Source of the DNA: Bacteroidales bacterium
Lineage (GTDB): Bacteria; Bacteroidota; Bacteroidia; Bacteroidales; GCA-2748055
Direction of reading: 5' to 3'
Length of the DNA: 64,000 bases
Assembly: GCA_021738565.1 (NCBI GenBank)
Contig: JAIPBT010000020.1
Location: 1,692 to 65,691, forward strand
In this document: positions 38,482 through 48,048 of the stretch, piece after piece
Layout of the letters: the number at the start of each line of letters is the position of its first letter
How positions within the stretch are numbered: the stretch's first letter is position 1
Program-made: the position numbers and the translations under genes
The notes under the pieces: model-generated
Databases searched by the model: none
What the model was told of the DNA's origin: nothing
The model's input: only the letters and a program-made list of their open reading frames with translations

Positions 38482-39234
38482 TTATCTAACGTTTATATGA
38501 TGTTCTTTCAGATAATTTTTCAATTTTGGAATGGGTATTTCATTGTAATGAAAGATACTGGCTGCAAGCGCTGCATCTGCTTTTCCTGATTTAAACACAT
38601 CCTCAAAATGCTTTTCTGTGCCCGCCCCGCCCGAAGCAATTACAGGTATTGAAAGGATTTCTGATAATTCCTTCAGGGCATCACATGCAAAACCATTTTT
38701 AGTACCGTCATGGTTCATCGAAGTAAAGAGAATTTCTCCAGCACCACGTTCCTGGACTTCCCTGGCCCATGTGAATAGTTCTTTACTGACAGGCTGGCGC
38801 CCTCCATTTATGTATACTTGCCACCTTCCTTTTTCAAGTTTGGCATCAATTGCAACGATAACGAACTGACTTCCATAACCCCTGGCGATTTGATCCACAA
38901 GCTCAGGATCCCTTACAACAGCACTGTTAACGGAGACTTTATCTGCACCTGCTGACAGTAGAATATCAGCATCTCTCAATTCATTTATTCCGCCTCCTAC
39001 AGAAAAAGGTATGTTCAGATTTGCTGCAATCCTCTGAACCAACTCTGAAAAAAGTTTTCTTTTTTCATGTGATGCAGTTATATCAAGGTATACAAGCTCA
39101 TCTGCCCCATCCATGGCATATTTAGCACCAAGTTCAACCGGATCACCTACCTCCTTGATATCCAAAAAATTGACTCCTTTGACGGTCTTCCCATCACGAA
39201 TGTCCAGGCACGGTATTATTCTTTTTGCAAGCAT
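38482..39234 (-). CDS. hisF: imidazole glycerol phosphate synthase cyclase subunit
   Basis: Motifs [14 protein letters not shown] and ASGGAG. Confidence 0.95.
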   Translation of the reverse strand: MLAKRIIPCLDIRDGKTVKGVNFLDIKEVGDPVELGAKYAMDGADELVYLDITASHEKRKLFSELVQRIAANLNIPFSVGGGINELRDADILLSAGADKVSVNSAVVRDPELVDQIARGYGSQFVIVAIDAKLEKGRWQVYINGGRQPVSKELFTWAREVQERGAGEILFTSMNHDGTKNGFACDALKELSEILSIPVIASGGAGTEKHFEDVFKSGKADAALAASIFHYNEIPIPKLKNYLKEHHINVR

Positions 39235-39237
39235 CTT

Positions 39238-39957
39238 TTAATAATTAAAGCGTTCGAGTTCCTTCAGATCAATTCTTCCCTCGTATATTGCTTTTCCTAT
39301 TATTACTGCAGGTATCCCTGCTTTTTCCAGTGAATAAACGTCATCTAAACCTGATACGCCACCACTGGCAACAAGATAAAGTCCAGGAAATTGTTTCATT
39401 ATTTGAACATAGGTCCTTTCTGAAGGCCCCTGCAGAATCCCGTCTCTGCTTATATCAGTGCAAATTGTTTTTTTAATGCCACGGTCAATCCACCTCTCAA
39501 GAAAAGGGATCAGGGATTCCTCTGAATTCTCTTGCCACCCGGATACAGCAATTCTTCCGTCCTTAAAATCACTTCCCAGAATGATCTTTCCCGGCCCATA
39601 TTTTTCCAACCAGCTCTCAAATGTTTCAGGATCCTTTACAGCTACACTTCCCCCTGTTGCCATTTTTGCTCCGCATTCAAATACAATATGAAGGTCTTCA
39701 TTACTTTTAAGGCCTCCTCCTGCATCTATTACAAGTGAAGTTCTTGTTGCAATTTTTTCAAGTACCCTGAAGTTGATCACCTTGCCTTCCTTAGCGCCGT
39801 CAAGGTCTACGAAATGTAAACGGGATATTCCGTGATCCTGGTATTTCATAGCCATATCCAGTGGATCCCCATATTCCTTTCTTAGTGAATAATCACCTTG
39901 GGTCAGTCTGACACACTTCCCCTGAATAATATCAACAGCAGGTATAATATCAATCAT
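39238..39957 (-). CDS. hisA: 1-(5-phosphoribosyl)-5-[(5-phosphoribosylamino)methylideneamino]imidazole-4-carboxamide isomerase
   Basis: Motifs IIPAVDI, HFVDLDGA and ASGGVS. Overlaps hisH by 4 nt. Confidence 0.92.
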   Translation of the reverse strand: MIDIIPAVDIIQGKCVRLTQGDYSLRKEYGDPLDMAMKYQDHGISRLHFVDLDGAKEGKVINFRVLEKIATRTSLVIDAGGGLKSNEDLHIVFECGAKMATGGSVAVKDPETFESWLEKYGPGKIILGSDFKDGRIAVSGWQENSEESLIPFLERWIDRGIKKTICTDISRDGILQGPSERTYVQIMKQFPGLYLVASGGVSGLDDVYSLEKAGIPAVIIGKAIYEGRIDLKELERFNY

Positions 39958-40535
39958 AGAGAAATAAAGTTTTCAAGTACCCTCTGGCCTGTCTCTCCGC
40001 TCTTTTCAGGATGAAACTGTGTGGCATAAAAATTATTTTTGTGCATTGCAGCGCTGAACCGGTTGATGTAATCACATTCAGCAACCGTATCATCGCATAC
40101 CGGGACATAATATGAATGAACAAAATATGCATACGCTCCCTCCTGCACGTTTTTGAAAAGAGGCCCCACAGGATTTAGAAGCTGGTTCCAGCCCATGTGG
40201 GGCACCTTGTCCTGAGGAGGAAATTTTAATACGGGCTGATCAAATATGCCAATGCAATCCGTATTGCCCTCTTCCGACCATTCACACATCAACTGCTGCC
40301 CAAGACAAATTCCAAGAACCGGTTGCGAAAGACGCTTCAAAACCTTATCCAGCCCATTTTCCATTAAGTACTTCATGGTACCCGACGCTTCACCAACTCC
40401 CGGAAAGATCACTTTCTTTGCAGCATATATGCGCTGTATATCATCAGTAATCTCTGCTTCAATACCCATCCTTTTCAAAGCAAAATCAACCGATCGTATG
40501 TTACCTGCATTGTATTTAATGATCACTACATCCAT
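39954..40535 (-). CDS. hisH: imidazole glycerol phosphate synthase glutamine amidotransferase subunit
   Basis: Motifs GICLGQQ and QFHPEKS. Start placed at MDVVIIKYNAGN, 5 nt after the hisB stop. Confidence 0.92.
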   Translation of the reverse strand: MDVVIIKYNAGNIRSVDFALKRMGIEAEITDDIQRIYAAKKVIFPGVGEASGTMKYLMENGLDKVLKRLSQPVLGICLGQQLMCEWSEEGNTDCIGIFDQPVLKFPPQDKVPHMGWNQLLNPVGPLFKNVQEGAYAYFVHSYYVPVCDDTVAECDYINRFSAAMHKNNFYATQFHPEKSGETGQRVLENFISL

Positions 40536-40539
40536 GGTC

Positions 40540-41667
40540 TTATAATTTACCTTTTGTACTGGGCAATTGATCATTGTCCGGGTCAAAGCCCACAGCCCCT
40601 TTCACTGCTTTGCTGAAAGCCTTGAAAATCGATTCGATCTTATGGTGCTCGTTATTGCCTTCGGATTTAATATTTAAATTACATTTTGCAGCATCGCAGA
40701 ATGATTTAAAAAAATGATAAAACATTTCCGTTGGGACATCACCAATTTTTTCCCGCTTGAATTCTGCATCCCAGGTCAGCCATGATCTGCCAGAAAAATC
40801 AACAGCAACAGCAGCCAGTGAATCATCCATTGGCAGTGTAAAACCATAGCGCTGTATTCCTTTCTTCTCTCCAAGAGCCCGTCTGAAAGCTTCACCGAGG
40901 GCTATAGCTGCATCTTCAATTGTGTGATGTTCGTCTACATGAAGGTCCCCTTTGACCTGCACCTGCAAATCAAAATTGCCGTGCCTGGCTATCTGCTCTA
41001 GCATGTGATCGAAAAATCCGAGTCCGGTTGAAATTTCTGATCTGCCATTCCCATCAAGTGAAAGCTGTACTCTTATGTTGGTCTCACTGGTTGAACTTTC
41101 AACAATACTGCTTCTAATTGAAGACCTGATGTATTTATAAACATCATCCCAATTTTCAGTTACAAGCGCGCAATGATCGTTGAGGTCAGCATCAGCAATG
41201 TCTTTGCTCATTGAGGAAGGTCCAATTAATATTCCCCTGGCCCCAAGGTTCTTCGCAAGCTGAATATCGGTAAGTCTGTCACCAATAACAAGACTGTTTT
41301 CCAGGTCATATGTTCCGTCCATATATTTTTTCAACATACCCGTACCCGGTTTCCGGTTGGGAGAATTGTCCTCAGGCACCGAAGGATCAATAAAAATATC
41401 ATCAAATTCAATTCCCTCATTTCTAAAAGAGGTAACGATCTTCTGCTGCACTTTCTCATATCTTTTAACCGGATAGGCTGAAGTTCCGAGTCCGTCCTGG
41501 TTAGAAACTATAACAAGCTGATAATCTGTTGTTTTTCTAATCAGATAAAGATTTCTAAAGACACCCGGATAAAATTCCAGCTTTTCAAGCGAATCCACCT
41601 GGTAAGCCACAGGAGGCTCGATGAGCAGTGTTCCGTCGCGATCAATAAATAGTACTTTTTGCTTCAT
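40540..41667 (-). CDS. hisB: bifunctional histidinol-phosphatase / imidazoleglycerol-phosphate dehydratase
   Basis: HAD motif LFIDRDGTL plus IGPD motifs HHTIED and GNNEHH. Confidence 0.92.
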   Translation of the reverse strand: MKQKVLFIDRDGTLLIEPPVAYQVDSLEKLEFYPGVFRNLYLIRKTTDYQLVIVSNQDGLGTSAYPVKRYEKVQQKIVTSFRNEGIEFDDIFIDPSVPEDNSPNRKPGTGMLKKYMDGTYDLENSLVIGDRLTDIQLAKNLGARGILIGPSSMSKDIADADLNDHCALVTENWDDVYKYIRSSIRSSIVESSTSETNIRVQLSLDGNGRSEISTGLGFFDHMLEQIARHGNFDLQVQVKGDLHVDEHHTIEDAAIALGEAFRRALGEKKGIQRYGFTLPMDDSLAAVAVDFSGRSWLTWDAEFKREKIGDVPTEMFYHFFKSFCDAAKCNLNIKSEGNNEHHKIESIFKAFSKAVKGAVGFDPDNDQLPSTKGKL

Positions 41668-41695
41668 TATTATGTGTTATAAACCATTCATATAT

Positions 41696-42760
41696 CTACA
41701 CTTCACATGATTCAACAAAATCACGCTGATATTGCATCAAAGCTTTTTCCAATTTCTTATTCTCCAGAATGGTTCCGACCGTTATTCTGAGGCTTCCTTC
41801 ACACAATTCAATATTTGACCGGTCACGTACAACTATTTTCTTTTCAATCAGATAGTTGTATACTTTCTTGGGTTTCCGAACCTTCACCAAAAGAAAATTT
41901 GCATCAGAAGGATACACCTTTTCCACAAAACGGTACCGCTTCAGCTTTCGTTCCAGTGATGACCTTTCCTTCAGGATATTTTCAATCCACTGATTCACTT
42001 TATCTTGATTTTCAAGTGATTTCATGGCAAAATCCATGGTCAGCATATTAAGGTTATACGGATATTTCACTTTGCCCATAAAACTAATGATTTCCGGAGC
42101 TGCAATCGCAAATCCCAATCGGATGCCTGCCAGCCCCCACGCTTTTGAAAAAGTCTGAAGCACGACCAGGTTGTTTAATGCGGCAACCTGGGATTTCAGA
42201 CTTTCGCGCCGACTAAAATCTATATAGGCCTCATCCACAACTACAATCACATTGAGCTTTTCCGCCAGACCAATGATTTTTTCCGGATCGAATGAATTGG
42301 AAGTTGGATTGTTGGGTGAACATATGAATAGCAGTTTGGTATGATCGTCACAGGCATCCTGTAGTCCGTTGATATCCAACTCAAAATCATTAATGAGCGG
42401 CACTTTTTTCAGATCAACATCATTTATATCGGCGGCGACCTGGTACATGCCGTACGTGGGATCAATTGAAACGGCGTTGTCCTTTCCTGGCTCACAAAAG
42501 ATCCTGAATAACAGATCGATGGCCTCATCGGAACCATTGCCAATGAAAAGCTGTACCGGATCAATACCTTTCAGTTTACTGATCTGCTGTTTCAGCAAAG
42601 TCTGATGCGGATCCGGGTAACGATTGTAGGGTGCATTGTAAGGATTCTCATTTGCATCCAGCAATGTGGCATCCGTACCACTGTATTCATCCCTGGCAGA
42701 TGAATAGGGTACCAACTTTTTAATATTACCGCGAATAAGTTTGTCTATATCTTTTTTCAT
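41696..42760 (-). CDS. hisC: histidinol-phosphate aminotransferase
   Basis: Motifs LDANENP and TFSKAWGLAGIR. Start placed at MKKDIDKLIR, adjacent to the hisD stop. The ORF-track N-terminal extension overlaps hisD. Confidence 0.9.
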   Translation of the reverse strand: MKKDIDKLIRGNIKKLVPYSSARDEYSGTDATLLDANENPYNAPYNRYPDPHQTLLKQQISKLKGIDPVQLFIGNGSDEAIDLLFRIFCEPGKDNAVSIDPTYGMYQVAADINDVDLKKVPLINDFELDINGLQDACDDHTKLLFICSPNNPTSNSFDPEKIIGLAEKLNVIVVVDEAYIDFSRRESLKSQVAALNNLVVLQTFSKAWGLAGIRLGFAIAAPEIISFMGKVKYPYNLNMLTMDFAMKSLENQDKVNQWIENILKERSSLERKLKRYRFVEKVYPSDANFLLVKVRKPKKVYNYLIEKKIVVRDRSNIELCEGSLRITVGTILENKKLEKALMQYQRDFVESCEV

Positions 42761-42761
42761 A

Positions 42762-44072
42762 CTATATCTCTGCATTTTTGAGCCTGATAGAAACGGCATT
42801 ACTGTGTGCCTGTAATTCTTCTGCAGCAGCCATTTCCGTAACTGCTGAACTGATATTGAATAACCCGTATTTAGTGATCTCCTGGAACGTAATTTTCTTA
42901 ACAAAAGCATCCATATTCAAACCGCCGTAAGCATGGGCCCATCCATTGGTGGGAAGTGTGTGGTTTGTTCCTGAAGCATAATCTCCTGCACTTTCAGGAG
43001 TATAATTACCAAGAAAAATACTGCCTGCATTCTTTATCTGTTCTGCCAATTCCATGTAATCATTACATGCGATGATCAGGTGCTCAGGTGCATATAAATT
43101 TATCATCCGGACCATAAGTTGCTTGTTTTTTAAGAGGATCAATTTACTGTTTCTCAAAGCCTGTTCTGCTAGTTTCTTTCTTGGCAGGTTTGAAAGCTGA
43201 TCATTGATTGAAGCCACGACATCCTTTATAAGTTTCTCATCATCTGTAACAAGCAGAACCTGGCTGTCGGGGCCATGCTCTGCCTGCGACAAAAGATCTG
43301 AAGCAACATAAGATGCATCTGCTGATTCATCAGCCATGACAACCAGTTCAGAAGGTCCGGCCGGCATATCAATGGCAACGCGGTCCCTGCTTACGATTTG
43401 TTTGGCTGTAGTAACATACTGGTTTCCGGGACCAAAGATCTTATTCACCCTGGGTATGCTCTCGGTGCCATGTGCCATAGCAGCTATGGCTTGTGCCCCT
43501 CCAGCCTTAAAAAAATTCGTAATTCCAAGTATTTCAGCTATATACAATATTACAGGATTGATCTGCCCACTCCTGTCCGGAGGTGAACAAAGAACTATAT
43601 TTTTGCATCCGGCGATCCTGGCAGGAACGCCAAGCATCAGCACTGTAGAAAGCAAAGGTGCGCTTCCTCCCGGGATATACAGGCCGACAGAATCTATTGG
43701 AATTGTCTTTTGCCAGCATCTTACTCCTGGGGTGGTCTCTGCATATACATCTGCATGCAATTGCCTTGCGTGAAATGTCTCGATGTTCATTCTTGCTTCC
43801 TCTATTGCATTTTGAAGTTGCCGGGAAACCTGAAATTTTGCATCGTTCAGTTCTTCTGGTGATACCCTGAGTGTTTCCAGTTCCACTTTGTCGAACCTGT
43901 AAGTAAATTCTTTAACTGCTCTATCACCATTCTGTTTTACCTTTTCAATGATCGCTTTCACCGACTGTTCCAGTTCTGAGACATCATACAAGGGGCGTTT
44001 CAGCAGATCATTCCAGGTATCTTCGGCTGGATTTGTGTATGTTTTCATGATAAAATAAATAATTTTAAACAA
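42762..44072 (-). CDS. hisD: histidinol dehydrogenase
   Basis: Motifs [14 protein letters not shown] and HTLPT. The start is either 44072 (8-nt overlap with hisG) or the Met at 44048. Confidence 0.92.
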   Translation of the reverse strand: MFKIIYFIMKTYTNPAEDTWNDLLKRPLYDVSELEQSVKAIIEKVKQNGDRAVKEFTYRFDKVELETLRVSPEELNDAKFQVSRQLQNAIEEARMNIETFHARQLHADVYAETTPGVRCWQKTIPIDSVGLYIPGGSAPLLSTVLMLGVPARIAGCKNIVLCSPPDRSGQINPVILYIAEILGITNFFKAGGAQAIAAMAHGTESIPRVNKIFGPGNQYVTTAKQIVSRDRVAIDMPAGPSELVVMADESADASYVASDLLSQAEHGPDSQVLLVTDDEKLIKDVVASINDQLSNLPRKKLAEQALRNSKLILLKNKQLMVRMINLYAPEHLIIACNDYMELAEQIKNAGSIFLGNYTPESAGDYASGTNHTLPTNGWAHAYGGLNMDAFVKKITFQEITKYGLFNISSAVTEMAAAEELQAHSNAVSIRLKNAEI

Positions 44073-44928
44073 TCATTTTCTCAATAGGAATAACCAGTAT
44101 TCCCTGGGCTCCAAGGGCTCTAAGTTCACCAATGATCTGCCAGAACTGGTCCTCACTTAATACAGAATGTACCGAACTCCATCCGGATTCAGCCAATGGC
44201 ATGACGGTGGGGCTTTTCATTCCGGGTATGAGATCAATGATCTTTTCCAGTTGTTCATTGGGGGCATTCAATAATATGTATTTGTTATTGGTCGCCGCCA
44301 GGACGCTCCTGATCCTGAACAGCAGATCATCCAGTATGGCTTGTTTTGAATCTGGAAGATGTTCCCTGCCAATGATCACCGCCTCAGAATGCATCACCAC
44401 CTCAACCTCCTTCAATCCGTTGCTTATTAATGTGCTGCCGGAACTGACAATGTCAAATATTCCATCAGCAAGTCCAATCCCAGGTGCTACTTCAACAGAC
44501 CCTGATATTTCGTGAATTTCTGCACTGATCCCTTTTTCATCTAAAAATTGCTTCAGGATTACCGGGTATGATGTGGCAATTTTTCTGCCTTCAAAATATT
44601 CGGGACCACTATAAGATTCCTGTTTTGGTATGGCAAGGGAAAGTCTGCACCTTGAAAATCCGAGCCGGTCAATTATGTTGATACCGGAACCTTTTTCTGA
44701 ATAAACATTCTCACCGACGATCCCAATATCGGCTACCTTGTCCTTTACATACTGTGGTATATCGTCATCCCTCAAATAAAGGATTTCCAGCGGATAACTG
44801 CCTGAGACCGATAACAACTTCCTGGCACCGTTTGTAACTGATATGCCGGCTTCTTTGAGGATCGAAACGGACTTTTCACTCAGACGCCCTGATTTTTGAA
44901 TAGCTATTCTTAATTTTTCCATATTCAT
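44065..44928 (-). CDS. hisG: ATP phosphoribosyltransferase (long form)
   Basis: Motifs LRIAIQKSGRL and DIVSSGSTL, plus a C-terminal regulatory domain. Confidence 0.92.
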   Translation of the reverse strand: MNMEKLRIAIQKSGRLSEKSVSILKEAGISVTNGARKLLSVSGSYPLEILYLRDDDIPQYVKDKVADIGIVGENVYSEKGSGINIIDRLGFSRCRLSLAIPKQESYSGPEYFEGRKIATSYPVILKQFLDEKGISAEIHEISGSVEVAPGIGLADGIFDIVSSGSTLISNGLKEVEVVMHSEAVIIGREHLPDSKQAILDDLLFRIRSVLAATNNKYILLNAPNEQLEKIIDLIPGMKSPTVMPLAESGWSSVHSVLSEDQFWQIIGELRALGAQGILVIPIEKMIV

Positions 44929-44934
44929 AAAACT

Positions 44935-44963
44935 AAAAAAGGTCTGCAGAATCTCTGCAAACC
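44935..44963 (-). terminator. intrinsic terminator of the his attenuator
   Basis: The minus strand reads GGTTTGCAGA-gat-TCTGCAGACC followed by TTTTTT. The T run ends 6 nt before the hisG ATG. Confidence 0.7.
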
Positions 44964-45002
44964 TTTAATTTATAATATTTTGTTTACATAATTCTACCCC
45001 AT

Positions 45003-45065
45003 TCAATCACTGTTGAAATGATGATGTACTACATGGTGCCTGTTATGTAAACTGATAACGCTCAT
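45003..45065 (-). CDS. His-rich leader peptide MSVISLHNRHHVVHHHFNSD
   Basis: 20-codon ORF with 6 His codons (HH and HHH runs), ending 74 nt upstream of hisG and followed by alternative hairpins and a terminator. Confidence 0.65.
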   Translation of the reverse strand: MSVISLHNRHHVVHHHFNSD

Positions 45066-45154
45066 TTTGCCTTGCAATATTAGTTATAATAATTTAAAAA
45101 ATCAAAGTGATAGATTGCGGAAGGAAAAAAACTAAAAAAATATACACTTCAGAA

Positions 45155-46441
45155 TCAAATGTCTTTAATGAGAATGTTGGAAGGGCTTTCACGCATTCCA
45201 TCGATCATATGCTCATGGATTTCCATGATCTTATCAAGTTTATCCGATTCTGACACAATGGGGTTGTCTCCCCCTAGTTTTTCAAGCCGTGTATACAGGA
45301 CATCTACCGATAACTTGCTGATATCCAAGGCAGGCTGGTAGCTCCTGACTTTATCATTATCGGTAACGAGCTCGGCCAGGACCCCACACTCCACCATCGC
45401 AAAAATAAGTTCATTCACCAACCTGAGCGGGATTCCAAGTTCATGTGCTATGTCCCCATTTGTCATGGCCTTGCCTCCCTGTTCAAAATTATTGATGATA
45501 TGGTGAACCATTAGCAGGGATAATATTCGTTTGTTGTCATGATTCAGGCGCATGGCCTCATCCTCATACTGATAATTTTCAACATTCTGGTAAGCAAATG
45601 AGATTTCGGCTCCCATAAGAACAATTAGCCAGGTAATCTGCAACCAAACCAGAAAGAGTGGTATTGCCGCAAAACTACCATACAGCGTATTAAATCTTGT
45701 CACTCCTATCTGAAATTCAAAATAGCCCCACTGAACCAGCATAGAAAGTGTCCCGGCCACAATTCCTGCAATCAATGCATATTTAAATTTCACCTTGGTA
45801 TTTGGCATTACCATATAAATAACTGAAAATAAAAGCCATATGGATGCATAGGGAATCAACTTGATTATTGGTTGTATAAATTCAAAATTGTTGGCAGCCT
45901 GGTTGATCTTAACGGTAAAACTGCCTGAAAGAGCAATTGCAAAAGGACTGATGATCATAATGGCCAGGTAATCCGAAAATTTCCTGATCGGATTTCGTGC
46001 TTTTTTCACCTGCCATATATCATTGAACGACAATTCAATATTATTCAAAACCTGTATGACCGACCAGAAAAGTATGACAAATCCAATCCCGGCTAAAAGT
46101 CCTCCCTTGGTATCATCGAGCAGGTTTGCAACCATATCCTTTATCCAGTTGATCATCTGGTCCTGTCCCTGAAAGCTCTTATCAATAAAGGAGTTCATTC
46201 GGTCTTCAAAACCAAATCCTTTGGCAATTCCGAATCCCATCGCGAAGATAGGAACTATGGAAAGCATCGTAAAATATGTTAATGATGAAGCCCTTAATCC
46301 GGCCCTGTCTTCCCAGAAGCCCTTGAAAGCATATGTCAATACCCTTAACTGCCTGATAACAAACCCTCTTCGTCTGGATTTGCTGTTGAGATCACCGGTC
46401 CAGACCTCTTTATGAAAGAAGTCCTTAATTTTCTTGATCAT
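45155..46441 (-). CDS. YihY/BrkB family membrane protein with C-terminal winged-helix-like extension
   Basis: YihY-type TM core (SLTYFTMLSIVP) followed by about 130 soluble residues containing GDIAHELGIPLRLVNELIFAMVECGVL. Confidence 0.75.
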   Translation of the reverse strand: MIKKIKDFFHKEVWTGDLNSKSRRRGFVIRQLRVLTYAFKGFWEDRAGLRASSLTYFTMLSIVPIFAMGFGIAKGFGFEDRMNSFIDKSFQGQDQMINWIKDMVANLLDDTKGGLLAGIGFVILFWSVIQVLNNIELSFNDIWQVKKARNPIRKFSDYLAIMIISPFAIALSGSFTVKINQAANNFEFIQPIIKLIPYASIWLLFSVIYMVMPNTKVKFKYALIAGIVAGTLSMLVQWGYFEFQIGVTRFNTLYGSFAAIPLFLVWLQITWLIVLMGAEISFAYQNVENYQYEDEAMRLNHDNKRILSLLMVHHIINNFEQGGKAMTNGDIAHELGIPLRLVNELIFAMVECGVLAELVTDNDKVRSYQPALDISKLSVDVLYTRLEKLGGDNPIVSESDKLDKIMEIHEHMIDGMRESPSNILIKDI

Positions 46442-46761
46442 GAATAATTGGTTATGATTTTAAGCAAATATAAAGATAAATGTTGATTGAGATTCATTGA
46501 AGGTCATTAACTTCTGTATCTCAGGCACAGGCAATTGAAAATATAATGAAGTCAGATGTGTGCCTTTAAAAAGAATCCAATATAAAAAATGTAAACTTAT
46601 TGCAGACAAATCAGATTCAAAGGATCGCCACAAAACATTTGATATCTTGATCATGATATAAAGTATAAAATTGAATGTGCATGTTCGTTTCAAGATATAA
46701 ACAAGGGGCCTTGTATGCGATTTTTCATATCTTGCAAGATACTATTAACAAAATACTTGCT

Positions 46762-48039
46762 ATGGAATTGAAAAAAATGGTTGGACTGCTGATCGGAGTC
46801 CTTATTCTAAATGCCTGCAATCAAGGTGAATTTGAACCAAATTATGACGAATCCAGGGTTCCTGATTATACATTACCGGAACTGCTCAAGACAGAAGATG
46901 GAAATATCATTACTGAATTTTCACAATGGAGAAGCACGCGGCGTCCTGAACTTCTCAAAATATTTGAAAAAGAAATGTATGGATTTTTTCCGGATAGTGA
47001 GTACAAAATTTCTTTCAAAGAAAATATACTGGCTGACTCATTCCTGAACAACAGAGCAATCCTTAAAGAAATTACCGCTGAAGTAACAACTGAAAATGGG
47101 AGTGAGGAATTTACCATATTGTACGTTTTTCCAAAAGATCAGCACAATGTACCTGTTTTTGCAGGATTGAACTTTGCAGGCAACCACACTGTAAACTCTT
47201 TCCCTGCTATTTCAATACCCAAAGTCTGGGTTATGAACAGTGAAAAAAGAAATATTACCGGAAACCAGGCCAGCGAATCATCAAGGGGATCCAGCTCATC
47301 AAGATGGCCAATTTCCATGATAATAGAAAATGGCTACGGAGTGGCAACAACTTATTACGGAGAGTTCGATCCGGATTACGACGATGGTTTTAAAAATGGT
47401 TTTCACCCCCTATTCGCAACCGAAAAAGAAAGGAATGTTCACAGCCCCGGATCAATTTCTGTATGGGCAAAAGGAATGTCGCTAATTGCGGATTATCTAT
47501 ACTATGACAGTATAGCAGATCCATCCAGTATTATTGCTATCGGGCATTCCAGGCTGGGTAAAACAGCCCTTTGGTGTGGGGCCAATGATGAGCGGTTTGC
47601 AGCTGTTATTTCCAACAATTCGGGTTGTGGAGGAGCTGCACTTTCCAGGAGAGCCTATGGTGAAACGGTGGGACGGATCAATAATGTATTTCCCCACTGG
47701 TTTTGTGACAGATTCAAAAAATACAATCAAAGAGAGCACAAATTACCGATTGATCAACATATGCTACTGGCCCTGATAGCCCCCAGACCGGTATATGTTG
47801 CCAGTGCATTAGAAGACCAGTGGGCCGATCCAAGAGGTGAATTTCTCGCTCTTAAAGCAGCATTGCCTGTTTATGAATTGTCCTCTGCTGCCGAAATCAA
47901 CTTCCCTGAACAAATGCCCCCGGCCGATAAACCAATTTTTAGCAAGACCGGTTACCATTCAAGATCCGGAGGTCATGACATTACAGAATACGATTGGCTG
48001 ATGTACATCAAATGGTGTAACAAATGGTTGAGCAAATAA
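46762..48039 (+). CDS. CE15-like glucuronoyl esterase lipoprotein
   Basis: Start at MELKKMVGLLIGVLILNAC (lipobox), with nucleophile motif IGHSRLGKTALW. Confidence 0.6.
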   Translation: MELKKMVGLLIGVLILNACNQGEFEPNYDESRVPDYTLPELLKTEDGNIITEFSQWRSTRRPELLKIFEKEMYGFFPDSEYKISFKENILADSFLNNRAILKEITAEVTTENGSEEFTILYVFPKDQHNVPVFAGLNFAGNHTVNSFPAISIPKVWVMNSEKRNITGNQASESSRGSSSSRWPISMIIENGYGVATTYYGEFDPDYDDGFKNGFHPLFATEKERNVHSPGSISVWAKGMSLIADYLYYDSIADPSSIIAIGHSRLGKTALWCGANDERFAAVISNNSGCGGAALSRRAYGETVGRINNVFPHWFCDRFKKYNQREHKLPIDQHMLLALIAPRPVYVASALEDQWADPRGEFLALKAALPVYELSSAAEINFPEQMPPADKPIFSKTGYHSRSGGHDITEYDWLMYIKWCNKWLSK

Positions 48040-48048
48040 CCTTTAGAT

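Noticed and set aside
41696-42910. N-terminal extensions offered by the ORF track for hisC (to 42910), hisH (to 40586), GH29 (to 49494), SDR (to 18565), CE15 (from 46675), iorB (to 30337) and the OMP-like ORF (from 18526).
   Set aside because: The extensions overlap upstream genes or precede obvious signal peptides or conserved N-termini. Internal Met codons give family-typical starts and tidy operon spacing.
46681-46694. ATGTTCGTTTCAAG resembles the Family-1 inner stem ATGTTCGTTTGCAAG.
   Set aside because: The similarity covers only about 14 nt with an indel, and no other part of the element lies nearby. That is too short to call a remnant.
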